This document shows, in pieces, positions 25,601 through 36,646 of a stretch of DNA of 64,000 bases. Origin of the DNA: Penicillus capitatus (Eukaryota; Plantae; Chlorophyta). A program made the translations under genes and the position numbers. Location: the NCBI GenBank assembly GCA_965649825.1, contig OZ287712.1:62001-126000 (forward strand), given 5' to 3'. Every line of letters starts with the position of its first letter. Within the stretch, counting starts at the first letter, position 1. Below the pieces are notes generated by a model, which made no database searches, had not been told where the DNA came from, and saw nothing but the letters and a program-made list of their open reading frames with translations.

Positions 25601-28600
25601 CCTGTCATCTTCGATGTATCGACAGACTCTTCTCTGCTGAAGGTGCGTCCACAGTCTGGAGTTGTTCCAGTTGGCTGCGTAAGCATCTGGAAAATGTCCT
25701 TAAAGAATCCGAGAGGAGATGGAGTATTCAGATGCCAAGCACAGATCTCTGTCAAGGGCCATAGAGCGAAACATCTGACCGTAGCTGGAAAATGGCTAAA
25801 CCCTATTCCAAGATTCGAAGCAGCATCTGTGCGATTCGACATCATGCCATCTGATATCGTTGAGATGATGGAGAGGGGTGAAAGAGCCTTGACGGTCACG
25901 GCACGGAACACAATGAGAAACATGGAAGACACACCTGTCACTGTCTATCCGCCCAAAAGCGATTGCTTGCTGTTTGACAAGAGAAGCTACACATTGGAGG
26001 GAAAGGAAGAACAGGACGTCGAGATGAAGTGGATCGTAACACGGTTGACGGATAAGAAGCACAAAGTCGTCTTCCTTACAGACAACGGAACCGAATGCCG
26101 CCACTTTGATGTCAGACTCGTCTGGAGCAATAACAGTTTCCAAATCGAGCCGATCAGCAGATTGTTTCTGCGTTCTGTGGAACCGGGAAAGGAGAACAGA
26201 TTCGATCTCAAGATTATCACCGATGCACCATTTGCCATCAAGGACCAGAGTCCGCAGTCTGACATGCTCGAGACCTTGGTTTTGCAAGATGGCAATAGAA
26301 GAGGAAGAGATCGAGAGTCATGGCAGTTTGGCACTGGAGACATGCCGCCGATGTTCAATGTCCATGGTCAACAGCGATCCTTTCAAATCCGCCTTGAGAC
26401 AGGAAAGGCATCTGGATGGATCGTTGAGGACATCTGTATCGAACCGCAAGAGTTCATCCTCATACACGAAGATCTCAGCCGCTGCTCCCGGTTGCCTTAC
26501 AAGTTCACACTCGTGGCGTTTGTATCGGAGAGACCAAATCTGTTCGCACAAATGATACAATCACTGGAACGTCAAAGCAGCACGAGCCGCACAGCAAACG
26601 GTGCTGAGGTTTCCATTCCCGATTTGGACATATTGCCAGCCTTGGCGGATGGATCCAGTGTCCAGTCATTCCTCCTTCTGATGCTATGCGAGATGGAAGT
26701 CCTGCGGTCAGAGTGGAACCTGTATGAAGACGAAGCGAGAGAAATCCTTGAAAGCTCTCCAAGAGAAGCAACGCAACTCTGTGCCCGACGCGTGATGCGT
26801 TTGAGCGGACGGGTGCAACAATACAGATCTTCCAGGTCATACAGGGACGACGTGCGTGACTATTTTGAGAATCTGATAGATCTCTTCGAATCCAAAGGCG
26901 ATGAAGCTATGTTTGACGTGTATCTTCCAAAAGAGGTGCTCAGGAATTGTGATAGAGATGTCCGAACCGTCGCTCAGGCTCTTTACGTGCTGCTCCATAC
27001 TGACTGTCCAGAAGGGCAAAAGTGGAGGGCAGCAACTGCCTGTTTGAAAACCCGAATGAAGGACACTGCTAGCGCAGCGTTATTCGACGAGGCCTCGGAG
27101 AGAATTGCAGAATCACTCCGACAAGAGAAGAGCCGTTCAGTTGTCGAGAGCATCCAATTCCTCAGAAGTGTTTTGCTGGCCAGTGATGAAGACATTGCTG
27201 GCTATCAACTGATGGATCAGATCACAGAGACGGTCAAGAACACAGAGAGCGACGGCGATTTGAATCGTGTCCTTCTGAATCTCTTTCCTGCTGATCTCCG
27301 GAACCAGAAACTCTTCGTCCCGGTCTTGTCATCCACTGAGTACAATTCGCATGAGATGTTGAATACGCTCATCAGAGAGGACATAAAGACAGCCATATCC
27401 GATTTGTGCTCTGGAGACACCGGCAAGATGTTGTCTGGGTTTTGTCGCCTGGCAAAAGAGATGGGATCTCAGTGTCAGAACTGTGATTTTCTGGATGGCC
27501 TCATGGCGATGCTTTCCGAAATGCCGTCGTTGATGCGTGACAGGACATCTGAAAGTGCTTGGACAGAAGCAAGAAACATGATCCAGATTCTTCTTACGCA
27601 GGAAAGGCTAGCTTCTGTACACAATCCGCTCTGCACCTTACGTCTTTGTGTCAGTGAGGCTGTTAGACACGACAACATCCGAAAACTGACAGTTGAAGCT
27701 GTCTTCTCTCTTCTTCCGAGATTTGGCGTGTTCCGTGGCCGAATTGCTGACTCTATCCAGCGTGCTGTCATCGAGATTTCTAATGGCGCATGTTCTGCAG
27801 CTCACATAGAGAATGATCGCGTCATAAAAAGATCGCTGGGGTGGATAAGAGGTTATAAAACATGGGTTGCAGTGAAGGACTTGGTGGCAGAGTGGGTAGA
27901 GAAGAGCGTGGAAGCGGACGCCGATTCTCTTGTGCGTCCCTTGACTGAATTCATAAAGTTAATGTTGGAACGCGATTCCTTTGGCCGATATCGAAGATCT
28001 GTTGACTTTGGCCTCCGTCGGCTCCGGGGGAGTCTGTGCAAAGCATTAAGAGAACTGGACTTGCCATCCATCACACAGGATATCCATCCTCTAAATCTGG
28101 TCTCGAGAGTGATCGCGTTTGCCTCACTGCTTAACATCGAAGCAGAGAAATATCTCGAAATTGCATCGGGACTCTCTTCACTGGCAGAAGGTTTTACAAA
28201 AGAAAACGCTGTATCCTTCTGTCGTGTCATTGCTCAGAATGTTTGCTGTGATTCTCTGTCAGAAGTTGTTGAACTTCTCGACCAGAATGTGGAATCAAAT
28301 GAAGACTTGAAGCAGCTTGTGTTGCAAGCATTGCTGCCCGAGAATACCTTGGAAAGCTTTCATGCATTTGTTCAATCGTGGACAGATGACGTCTCGTGTG
28401 TCGACACAAGCTTTCTGGAGGCAATGGAGAGCGTCTGTGAGAGGAAGGACTTGGACATGCTATCACATCTTGGGGACCTCGTTGCGGCAAAGAGGGCTGT
28501 GATGACCATGGATGAAGACGACATGGAATCCATTGAGGGTCTTTTAAAAATACGGACTCTTGTTCAAGTACTGGACATATGGAAATGCTGGGAAGGCCAG

Positions 28601-31600
28601 AAAAAGAGTCAAGGTGCATTGAACATTCTGTTTGGATATGCAGCCATGACGCACACAGACAGTCAGACTTTCGAACAGCGCTGCATCAGCAAAATGGTTC
28701 TGCTGCTCTCTCTGGCCGATTTCTACAGGAATGGTCATTGGAAGAAGTATGAATCTTCACCCGAAGATAAAGACGGCGATCTGGTATTCAAAACAGAAGA
28801 GATTCCTGGATGGATGCCGCCAGATCAAGAAAGCGATGAAGAGGCGCAGTACAATGAAGATCTAGCAGAGGACAAGGGCAATGCAATGGTATCTCCGCAG
28901 GATGAAGAGCCCATTGCTGAAGACAGTCGTCATGATTGGCCTTGGCTTCTGGACAACTTCGAGGTGCCGAATGAGCAGCTGTCTCCCTGTGAAGCGGACA
29001 CTCTCTCCGAATCACAAGACTCTGCAAAAGACACGGCCTCTTTAGATGATTTGAGTGATAGCGAAATCGGCAACTGGAAGAGATGCAGGAACAATCTTCG
29101 AAAAACAGAGAATGCTCTCAGAGACATCTTTTCGTATATGGACAACATCGGAAGCTTGGCAGAAGTGGAAGAAGCACACCATTTCCAGAATCTCACATTC
29201 CACTTCATTGTTTGGTCGCTGACGAGACTGAAGGGCGCCGCAGGACTGTGGTTGGATGTCTTTGATGAATCTGTCCGCCGTTGTCACACCCAGAAGCGCG
29301 AAGAAGACAGGACCCTTGAGAGCCGGGTGGTCTGCTCAGGCGTATCCATCATCTCTTTGCTGAGGTTCTTTGATCGACACTTGCAGCGCGACAGTCTGTT
29401 TGAAATGCCATCCTTTCTCAGAGCAATGCACGATGACGTTCTACAGAGTCTCGGTGCTATCCCCAGAAATAACTTGTCTGCTGACTTCAAGAAGATACTC
29501 AGCAACTATGAGACAGCGAAGAGTGAACAGAGAAGCACGACTGAAGATTTTCCGATGCCGTCGTCAAAGCTCCATCTACCGGATCCGCAGAGAGATGTCT
29601 TTTGGAAAACCAGTGGTGTTTCGGATCCAAGGGCTGCATATCGTTCAGCACTGGAAAGCGTACCGATGGATTCAGCAGTCTTGACGGGTGCAACGACCGA
29701 AAAACAAGTCAAGCGATGGACAGATGCAACTGCGTCGTACACAAGTGATCTGGCGTCTGCACAAAGGCAACATGGAATTCTCAAGCAGAAGGTCATATTG
29801 CATGCCAGTGGTGGTGAACTGAAACTGTGGAGACCTGACAATCGATTGCAAGAAGACCAGGAGACAGGCACCGAAGACGAAGACGAGATTGCGGACTACG
29901 TTGTTAATGCATCTCGTCATAACGCGATCAGTGGCCACCTTGATGAATGTCGAGACCAATATCGCAGCGAACACGGAATGAAGGCCAAAGATTTGAGCCA
30001 GGAGTGTGATGTCTTTGCAGCTGAGATCGACGATGGGCGTACGATTGCAGTGGAGGACAATTTCGATGTCAGACTGAAAATGACGCAACAGCAGCTTGCC
30101 AATCAAGACTTGGTGCGTATTTACAAAGACACCGCGATTACAAGAGCCGATATCGACAAGCGAGATCTGCGAGATCCAGTTGTCGTTGATCCATCTCGGC
30201 ACGAGAAATGGACGTATTCTTTACTCGTCGACAGCAAGCCATTTGCACTGTTCTTGATCGAAGTCATGCGCGGATGGGAAGCACACTTTGAGAAATTCTA
30301 TCGATCCACTGCTGAGAAGCATCTCCTCGAATGGTGCATCCTGGTTGACAATTCCGGATCGATGATCACGAAAGAGACACAGATGATAGAAGCCCTCGTT
30401 CTTGTCATGGAGACGCTGAGACGATTGGAGCAGCCGTTTGCTGTTGCTCGATTCGGTGATCGCAACTCGCAACAGATGTTGAAGATGATGAACGAGCCAT
30501 TCACGCAACTGGTCGGGCAGAGAATTCTGGAATCCTTCTCTTTTGATCAAGGCACGTATCCAGCTTCAGCCGTGAGACATGTAGCCGAGAAAGTCTGGCC
30601 GGCGAATCTCTCTGAACAGCAAACACTGCAGACGCACCGCGTGATACTCATGATCGTCGATGGACTGACTCAAGAGAGACATGCAGAAGACTATATTTCC
30701 GTCTGCAGGGAGAAAGGCATCGATCTGGTCGTCTTGAATTTGAAGGATGAGGTCCAAGCCGAACTCATGAGTCAAATTGAAGCGTTGTGGAGCAAAGCGG
30801 CTGCGTGTTACGACGTCTTGGATGTCCGTTCTGTTGATCTGTTGTCGAAGTTGGTCGGTGGCCTCATGATTCAGCACATGGAGACCACACTCTCCAAGAT
30901 CGAGAAAAACAGAGATCGGCTGCGAAGTATTCGACAACCTGCTATTCAAGCACAGACTCTCTTGGATTTCGCACTGGACGTGGATGAAGAGGCAGCAATG
31001 GCAGATCTCGAGAAACAAAGTCTCCCTTGTTTGCCAGGAAATCTAGGGAAGGATTGTTTCTTTGGATGTGGTTATTCACCTGAAGAAATCCCTTTTGCAA
31101 TGGAAACGGATACTTTGGTGCATGGAGAGCTGAAGATGGATGATATGTCGGAGGAAGATATATTCGACAAGATTCAAGCATTGCAGTACAGTCTACAGAC
31201 ACGCACAGAAAATAAAGATCAGCTGAAAAGAGCAGAAACGGCATGGACAGAAGCAGAAGATCAGTTCAGTGCAGAGATCAGTCACATGACAGAGGCCATG
31301 GAAAGATTGCTCCTACAGAATCGCTTCACCAGGAATAGGGCCGACATCAAAGGCTCATCTATCCACCTTCCTGGCTTCATCAAGCATATCGTGACACGTG
31401 GAAATGAAAAGAAGATCTTTGCCAGGAAGAAAGCAGGTGGCAAATTCGAGTATGCAGTGACGATCCTTATGGATATCTCAGCATCTATGAGACACGGCGA
31501 GAAAAGAGGATGTGCAGTGCAGACAGTCCTGCTGCTGATCGGCGCTCTGAAGCAGATGAACATCGAAGATTTTTCTCTCATTCTCTTTGGTCAATCCGTG

Positions 31601-33586
31601 TACCCCGTTAAACTGCCTGACACAACATGGGAAGATGTCTCGATTGCGATGCTCCTGTCAATACTTCGCAGGAGTGACGAGCCATCGAGCATGGACGCAG
31701 ATGCCTTGCTCTTTGCAGGCAGCTTGATGGAACAGTGCTGTGTAAGGGGGCCCAAGAAGATATTTGTTGTGACAGATGGGTATGGAAGCTCCGGTGTACG
31801 ACTGGCTGTGACATTGAGGAAGCTTCAAGAGTCAGGGATTGACGTCATAGCAATGGGTATTGGGCCAGAAGAGTTCTTTCTCAAGAAATGCTATCCCAAA
31901 TGGATCACTGCTGCATTGCCTCAGTTGGTGCCGAATGCCTTGGAGAGCCTGACAGAGCGACTGGAAGGCGTGACAGAGATTCAGATCGCCAGTCAGAAAG
32001 ATACCATTGACTGGTCGACCGTTGCCTTGCTTCCGCGGGGAACAGCAGAGACAGTCGAAGAAATTCTGACCAACAGAGAAGCCGTCTTTCCTGATCTACT
32101 GAAACTGATGCAGACAGAGAGAGAAGCCAAACTGATAAAAGGAAACAATCCATCAGTCCTGACCGTTGATATTTGTTTTGCACTCGATTGCTCGGGATCG
32201 ATGTCATTCTGGATAAATGCTGCAAAACAGCAAATCAGAGTAAGTAATAACTGCCTGACGACATCCAAATTGCATGTTGTTCTGTAGAACATCTCTACCG
32301 GCATTTCAAAGAAGATCAAAGAGGAGCATGTGGGTTTGGAGCTGGAGTTCCGTTTTGCAATGGTGACGTACAGAGACTACGGAGATTCTGAACCGCACAT
32401 TATCGTCCATCCGTTCTCTTCCAACACGACAGAGTTTTTCCGTTTTCTCGCATTGCTAGTAGCAAGCGGGGGATCAGATACACCGGAGGACGTTTTGGGA
32501 GCCCTGAATACAGTCGCTAGCATGGAGGGATGGCAGAGCAAAGTCCGGTTTTGTGTACTGATTGGTGACGCTCCTGGACATGGAACAGAACTCAATAAAT
32601 GTCCTCATGACAGGTGCGTCACACGCAGACAAATCAACGATCTAAAGAGCGTGCATATAGATATCCTGGAGGGGATCCCAGCGGTCTCACAGCGAAAGGC
32701 GTCATGACCGAACTGAAATCGAAGAACATCCATCTTCTTTTCTGCAAGATTGTTAACAGCACAGACAGAATGATCAGCAACCTTGCTAATGATTACAACG
32801 ACAAAGGCAAATTTGAGTTGCTGACACGGAATGTGTTCGGCAATGTACTGGTAGGTTAAAAGAACGTATCTTCTCGAAGGTGTTCAATGAAGTGTTCTTT
32901 CTTTAGGACAATGCTCGTCTTGGCTATCACTTTGTGTTCTGCCTCGACAAATCGAGATCAATGCTGGGACAGCCCTGGCAAGATTTGAAGAATGCTTTCC
33001 GTGTATTTTTAAAGCAGAGAATTAAAGATCAGTCAGAACGCGATGTGGTGACACTTATTGAGTTTGATGATACGGCGCACATAACATATGAGAAAAAGCC
33101 GCTGAATAAAGACATGTGCCCCCAATCGCATCCCAGATTTGGAACAAGATTTCACCCGGCGTTGGATGCAGCAGAAGCTGTGTTAGCAAAGCGCCGTACA
33201 CACGAGATTCCAGCCTTCATCTTTATGTCGGATGGAGGAGCAGGGGATAATGAAAAGACAGTTCCAGCTCGAATGAGTGAGCTCGTTCGTCGCTTTGGAC
33301 CGATGTGTGTCCATACGATTGGATTTGGATCCCTCGCTCGCCATTCTCTTCTTCAGGTGACTGTTATCACACAAGCTTCATTCTCTCTGAGACAGAAGCG
33401 CGTGTTCTCTAGGATATGGCGTCCAGTGCTAATGGAACGTATCACAGGGCTATGACTGCTCTGGACTTGTCCACCGCTTTCCGGCGTATCGCAACCAGTT
33501 CGTCTGCATCCGAAGCTTTGTTTTCAAGATTCGAACAAGTGATTGGAGAGATGGTGATGTCGGAGATCATTCTTGGACATCTCTGA
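7633..33586 (+). CDS. Giant midasin-like AAA+ ATPase (about 8,564 aa): six AAA modules, helical linker, Ig-like repeats and four C-terminal vWA domains
   Basis: Exons 7633-15073, 15126-32239, 32288-32613, 32661-32850, 32907-33356 and 33413-33586 sum to 25,695 nt (8,565 codons, in frame). Walker A motifs: GSTGVGKT (10111), GNAGCGKT (11422), GKPAVGKT (12373), GETAFKT (13327), GAPGIGKT (split by intron 15074-15125), GPTCSKKT (16151). DxSxS motifs at 30347, 31472, 32186 and 32946. Confidence 0.9.
24830..26510 (+). other. Tandem Ig-like beta-sandwich (ASH/PapD-like) domains within the giant protein
   Basis: Repeated DF-G/DF-x ... I-x-N-x-(T/G)-x-x-P signatures: IDFGTV...VEIMNQT, VDFENL...VYIRNLTDLPI, IDFAY...ITLKNIGNVPV, VRFDI...MRNMEDTPV. 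Alternating hydrophobic beta-strand patterns contrast with the helical linker. Confidence 0.6.
30320..33586 (+). other. Array of four vWA/MIDAS domains at the C-terminus of the giant protein
   Basis: LEWCILVDNSGSM, YAVTILMDISASM, VDICFALDCSGSM and YHFVFCLDKSRSM, each followed by vWA-type strands and a downstream acidic motif (MIVDG, VVTDG, LIGDAP, FMSDGG). Confidence 0.85.
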
Positions 33587-34394
33587 GAAACGTATGAGCT
33601 TGAAGGAAATGCACCAGACTGCGATGTCGATTAGCCCGTTCGTCTGAATGCTTTTGGTTCACTTCAGAAGTATTAACCAGGAGGTGCATGAAATAGATCA
33701 ACTCGTACGTGATCTGTCGTTATCTTCTCTGGTATTGCCATTGATCATTCTTATGAGTTTATGTATCTTCACAGTAAACGGTACCTGAAAATGAAGGGCA
33801 ACAGTGTCGATTTTCTCACTCTTCTATCTTTTAACGAAAAGAGTTTCTGTGGCATTGCTTTCGCGTTTGTCCATGTCTAGCGGAAAAAACATGAAACATT
33901 TGTCACTGCTAATTGGCTGCGTCTAAAACACACAACAGAAGATTTTCATAATCCATTCGATGCAGAGATTCGCCACACATGTAGGAGAATCTCCTGGTTG
34001 ACCGATCGTTCCTCAACTCTCTGCTGCGTCTAACCCGTCGCTCTGTGAAAGCGCTGAGCTGACTCCGCTGCAAATAAATTATGTGACGATCCGATCGAAG
34101 CAGCGCTGAACGAATGGACGACATTACTTGTGCGCATACCGTACCTCGCTCAGGACACTTTGTCAGCGGCTTTGCAAAGAGTGTATTCTTTTTGGACTGA
34201 ACGTCGAGACCATTGGAACGAGCCCACGACGCGATAATACACCCTCGCGTCAGGCAACGGTGCATTCTTATACTATCTATCGGCCTGTACCGCTTTCGTC
34301 CATTCTCGCTTGAGTGGAGTCATGGTAACAGATGTTTGCGTTGGAAACGCAGATAAGGACGCATCGTGAGGAGACCGACATCTCGAGGACCTCG

Positions 34395-35120
34395 GTGGGC
34401 GCAAGAAATGTGGCTAGGGCTCGCTTGAAGCGGCGACTCGAGCAGCTAACCGCGTTCCGAGACAAAGCTCACGCTGCTGAACAAAAACGCACGACTGAAC
34501 TGTCGCGCGTTTCTGGGAGACAGACTCTAATGGAAGACGGCCGCTTTTTGAGAAGCCATGAACGATTTTTTCTGAACGCAAACAAAGTCAAGCCTTCTGC
34601 CGTCGAACATGTAAGAACTACGAAGAACCGAACAAAGACTCGTTCGGATGATTCGGCAGGAGACGAAGTTCGTCAACCAGCTGAAGTGATTAATTCACGA
34701 AGCGAAATGGCAGCGAGTGCTATGTTGCCGACTATCGCAAGCTCACGGCCCGGTACACATCGCCCCGAGCGTCTTGGAAACGACAAAACGGTATCTACTG
34801 TCGCTGTAATAAAAAACTATAACGCACGCGAGTATCACGTTCTTGTTTCTATCACTGGTTATGTCGAAACATTGGGCCCTTCGAATGATGCACAAGGATG
34901 AACTCCTTTCTTTTCTTTTCATGCACCTGTGCTTGGAGTTTACGCATAAGGAAGCGTTGTCAGGCTCGTGTATAGAGGGACAGCTGTTAGCTTCGCTGTC
35001 GTACTCTTTGGACATTTGTCCCCTTCTGGGTCATATCAACATCTGGATACTTAAACACGCCACGTGTAGTAATTCTGCCTAGTTTGATCTCTATCAGTGT
35101 TTGTCGCCTTACCTCGACGT
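34395..35120 (+). pseudogene. Copy 1 of a duplicated, decayed coiled-coil gene fragment with conserved 3' flank
   Basis: Encodes RARLKRRLEQLTAFRDKAHAAEQKRTTEL..., then frameshifts and stops. Aligns with 35890-36610. Confidence 0.5.
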
Positions 35121-35889
35121 GGTTTCGGAGCGTTGAAGATCCTTGATTTGTGGACTCCGCCTAAGTGGCGTCGTGCGGAAGACTCCGTGTCGCACCTTCT
35201 CCGTGACGTTGAGCCCCACGCAACTGTTGTGCCTCTCAGCCAACGAAGCAAGGGGAACCTGCAAGGAACACCGAGAGAGTAGCATGCAACCCCGCAGAGG
35301 ACGAGGACAGGGTCGCGGACGCACCGCCAGCCGCGCAACCTGTTGGCACAGTGTACGAGCATATTCTTTGGGCACCGCGTACCTTGACCGATAGCTACGC
35401 GCAAATCTTCGTAGACAACTTCGAGGGGATGGAAGTCAGTCATTTGAGCGACGGGCGAAGATTCTCTCTTTTGCCGTCGAAGCTATGGCGGTCGTTCACG
35501 AGGGTCTTAGCCCAAGTACAAAGCCAAGGGGAACAGATATTTGAATTGGGAACGAAGATAGCAACACAGCGTGAGAAAAATGACATCTTGATGTAAACGT
35601 CGACAGGGCGGCCGAGTCCGAGCCGGATGGCGAGTCGTGCAGGGAACTTCGTAGGCAATGTATAGTAAAATTAGCTAGACGGATACAACAGGGCAATTCT
35701 CGCTTAAATACCCCAGCGATGGAAGGGTCACATCATTAGGTAAGCCCATCGTCACACCTCTCGTCATGCGTGTTCCAGTGATGTTCTGCTGGCGTGGCGC
35801 CACAGGGACGGTTGGCGCGCCAGGAGCGACTCTTCGCCAGAAGACTCGAGGCGGAACCAAGGACCCTTCACACTTGCGAGCCATGCGGA

Positions 35890-36610
35890 CGCAAGAGACG
35901 TGGACAAGGCTCACCTGAGACGACGAATCGAGCAGCTAACCGCGTTCCGAGACAAAGCTCACGCGGCCGAAAAAGAACGCAAGACTGAATTGTTGCGCGT
36001 TTCTAGGAAACTGCAACTGAAGACGGCCACTTTTCGAGAAGCTAAGAAAAGTTTTTTCCCGGGCCCACACAAACTCAAGCTTGCAGAGCCGCTGTAATCG
36101 GATATGCAAGCACTACGACGCAGCCAACAACAACTCGACCAAAAGATCCAGCAGGAGACGTAGCTGGTGAACCACGTAAAGCGCTTACTTCACGATGTGA
36201 AACTTCAGACCTCCGCGTCGCCTACCATCGCAAGCCCACGCGGTTTTAGCGTCGACCGCGCCATCTGCTTTCCAGATGACATGACGGCTCTGCTATCGTT
36301 GCAGATGACAACGTCACCTCGAGCGCGATTGTCACGTCCCTGCTTTCGCCACTGCCTATTTTGAGAACCTTGGGCCATCGAACGCATATGGCTAATTTTT
36401 TCCTTATCAAGCATTCGGGTTCCGAGTTTACGCAGATGGAAGCGTGGTAGGGGCCATGTCAAGGGACAGCTGTTAGCTTCGCTGTCGTACTCTTTGGACA
36501 TTTGTCCCCTTCTGGGTCATATCAACATCTGGATACTTAAACACGCCCCGTGTAGTAACTCTGCCTCGTTTGTAATCAATCAGTGGTTTGTCGCCTTACC
36601 TCGACGCATT
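35890..36610 (+). pseudogene. Copy 2 of the same decayed coiled-coil gene fragment
   Basis: Encodes KAHLRRRIEQLTAFRDKAHAAEKERKTEL...EPL*SDMQALRRSQQQLDQKIQQET*LVNHVK with in-frame stops. Shares an identical 86-bp block with copy 1. Confidence 0.5.
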
Positions 36611-36646
36611 CCCCATCTATATATGTCTCCTCACAGTCAGTTCACA

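Noticed and set aside
7633-33586. Calling the giant gene simply MDN1/Rea1
   Set aside because: The ring and vWA2 preamble are midasin-like, but the size, Ig cassette, four vWA domains and degenerate even sites differ. Orthology cannot be asserted without a phylogeny.
35063-35071. GTGTAGTA (U2 snRNA branch-recognition sequence) next to ATACTTA (U1-like 5' end) in both duplicate units
   Set aside because: The flanks do not match the highly conserved U2 or U1 sequences. These are short chance matches.
35280-35596. Orphan ORF ...YEHILWAPRTLTDSYAQIFVDNFEGMEV... between the duplicate units
   Set aside because: No recognisable domain, no clear gene structure, and no second copy to test for selection.
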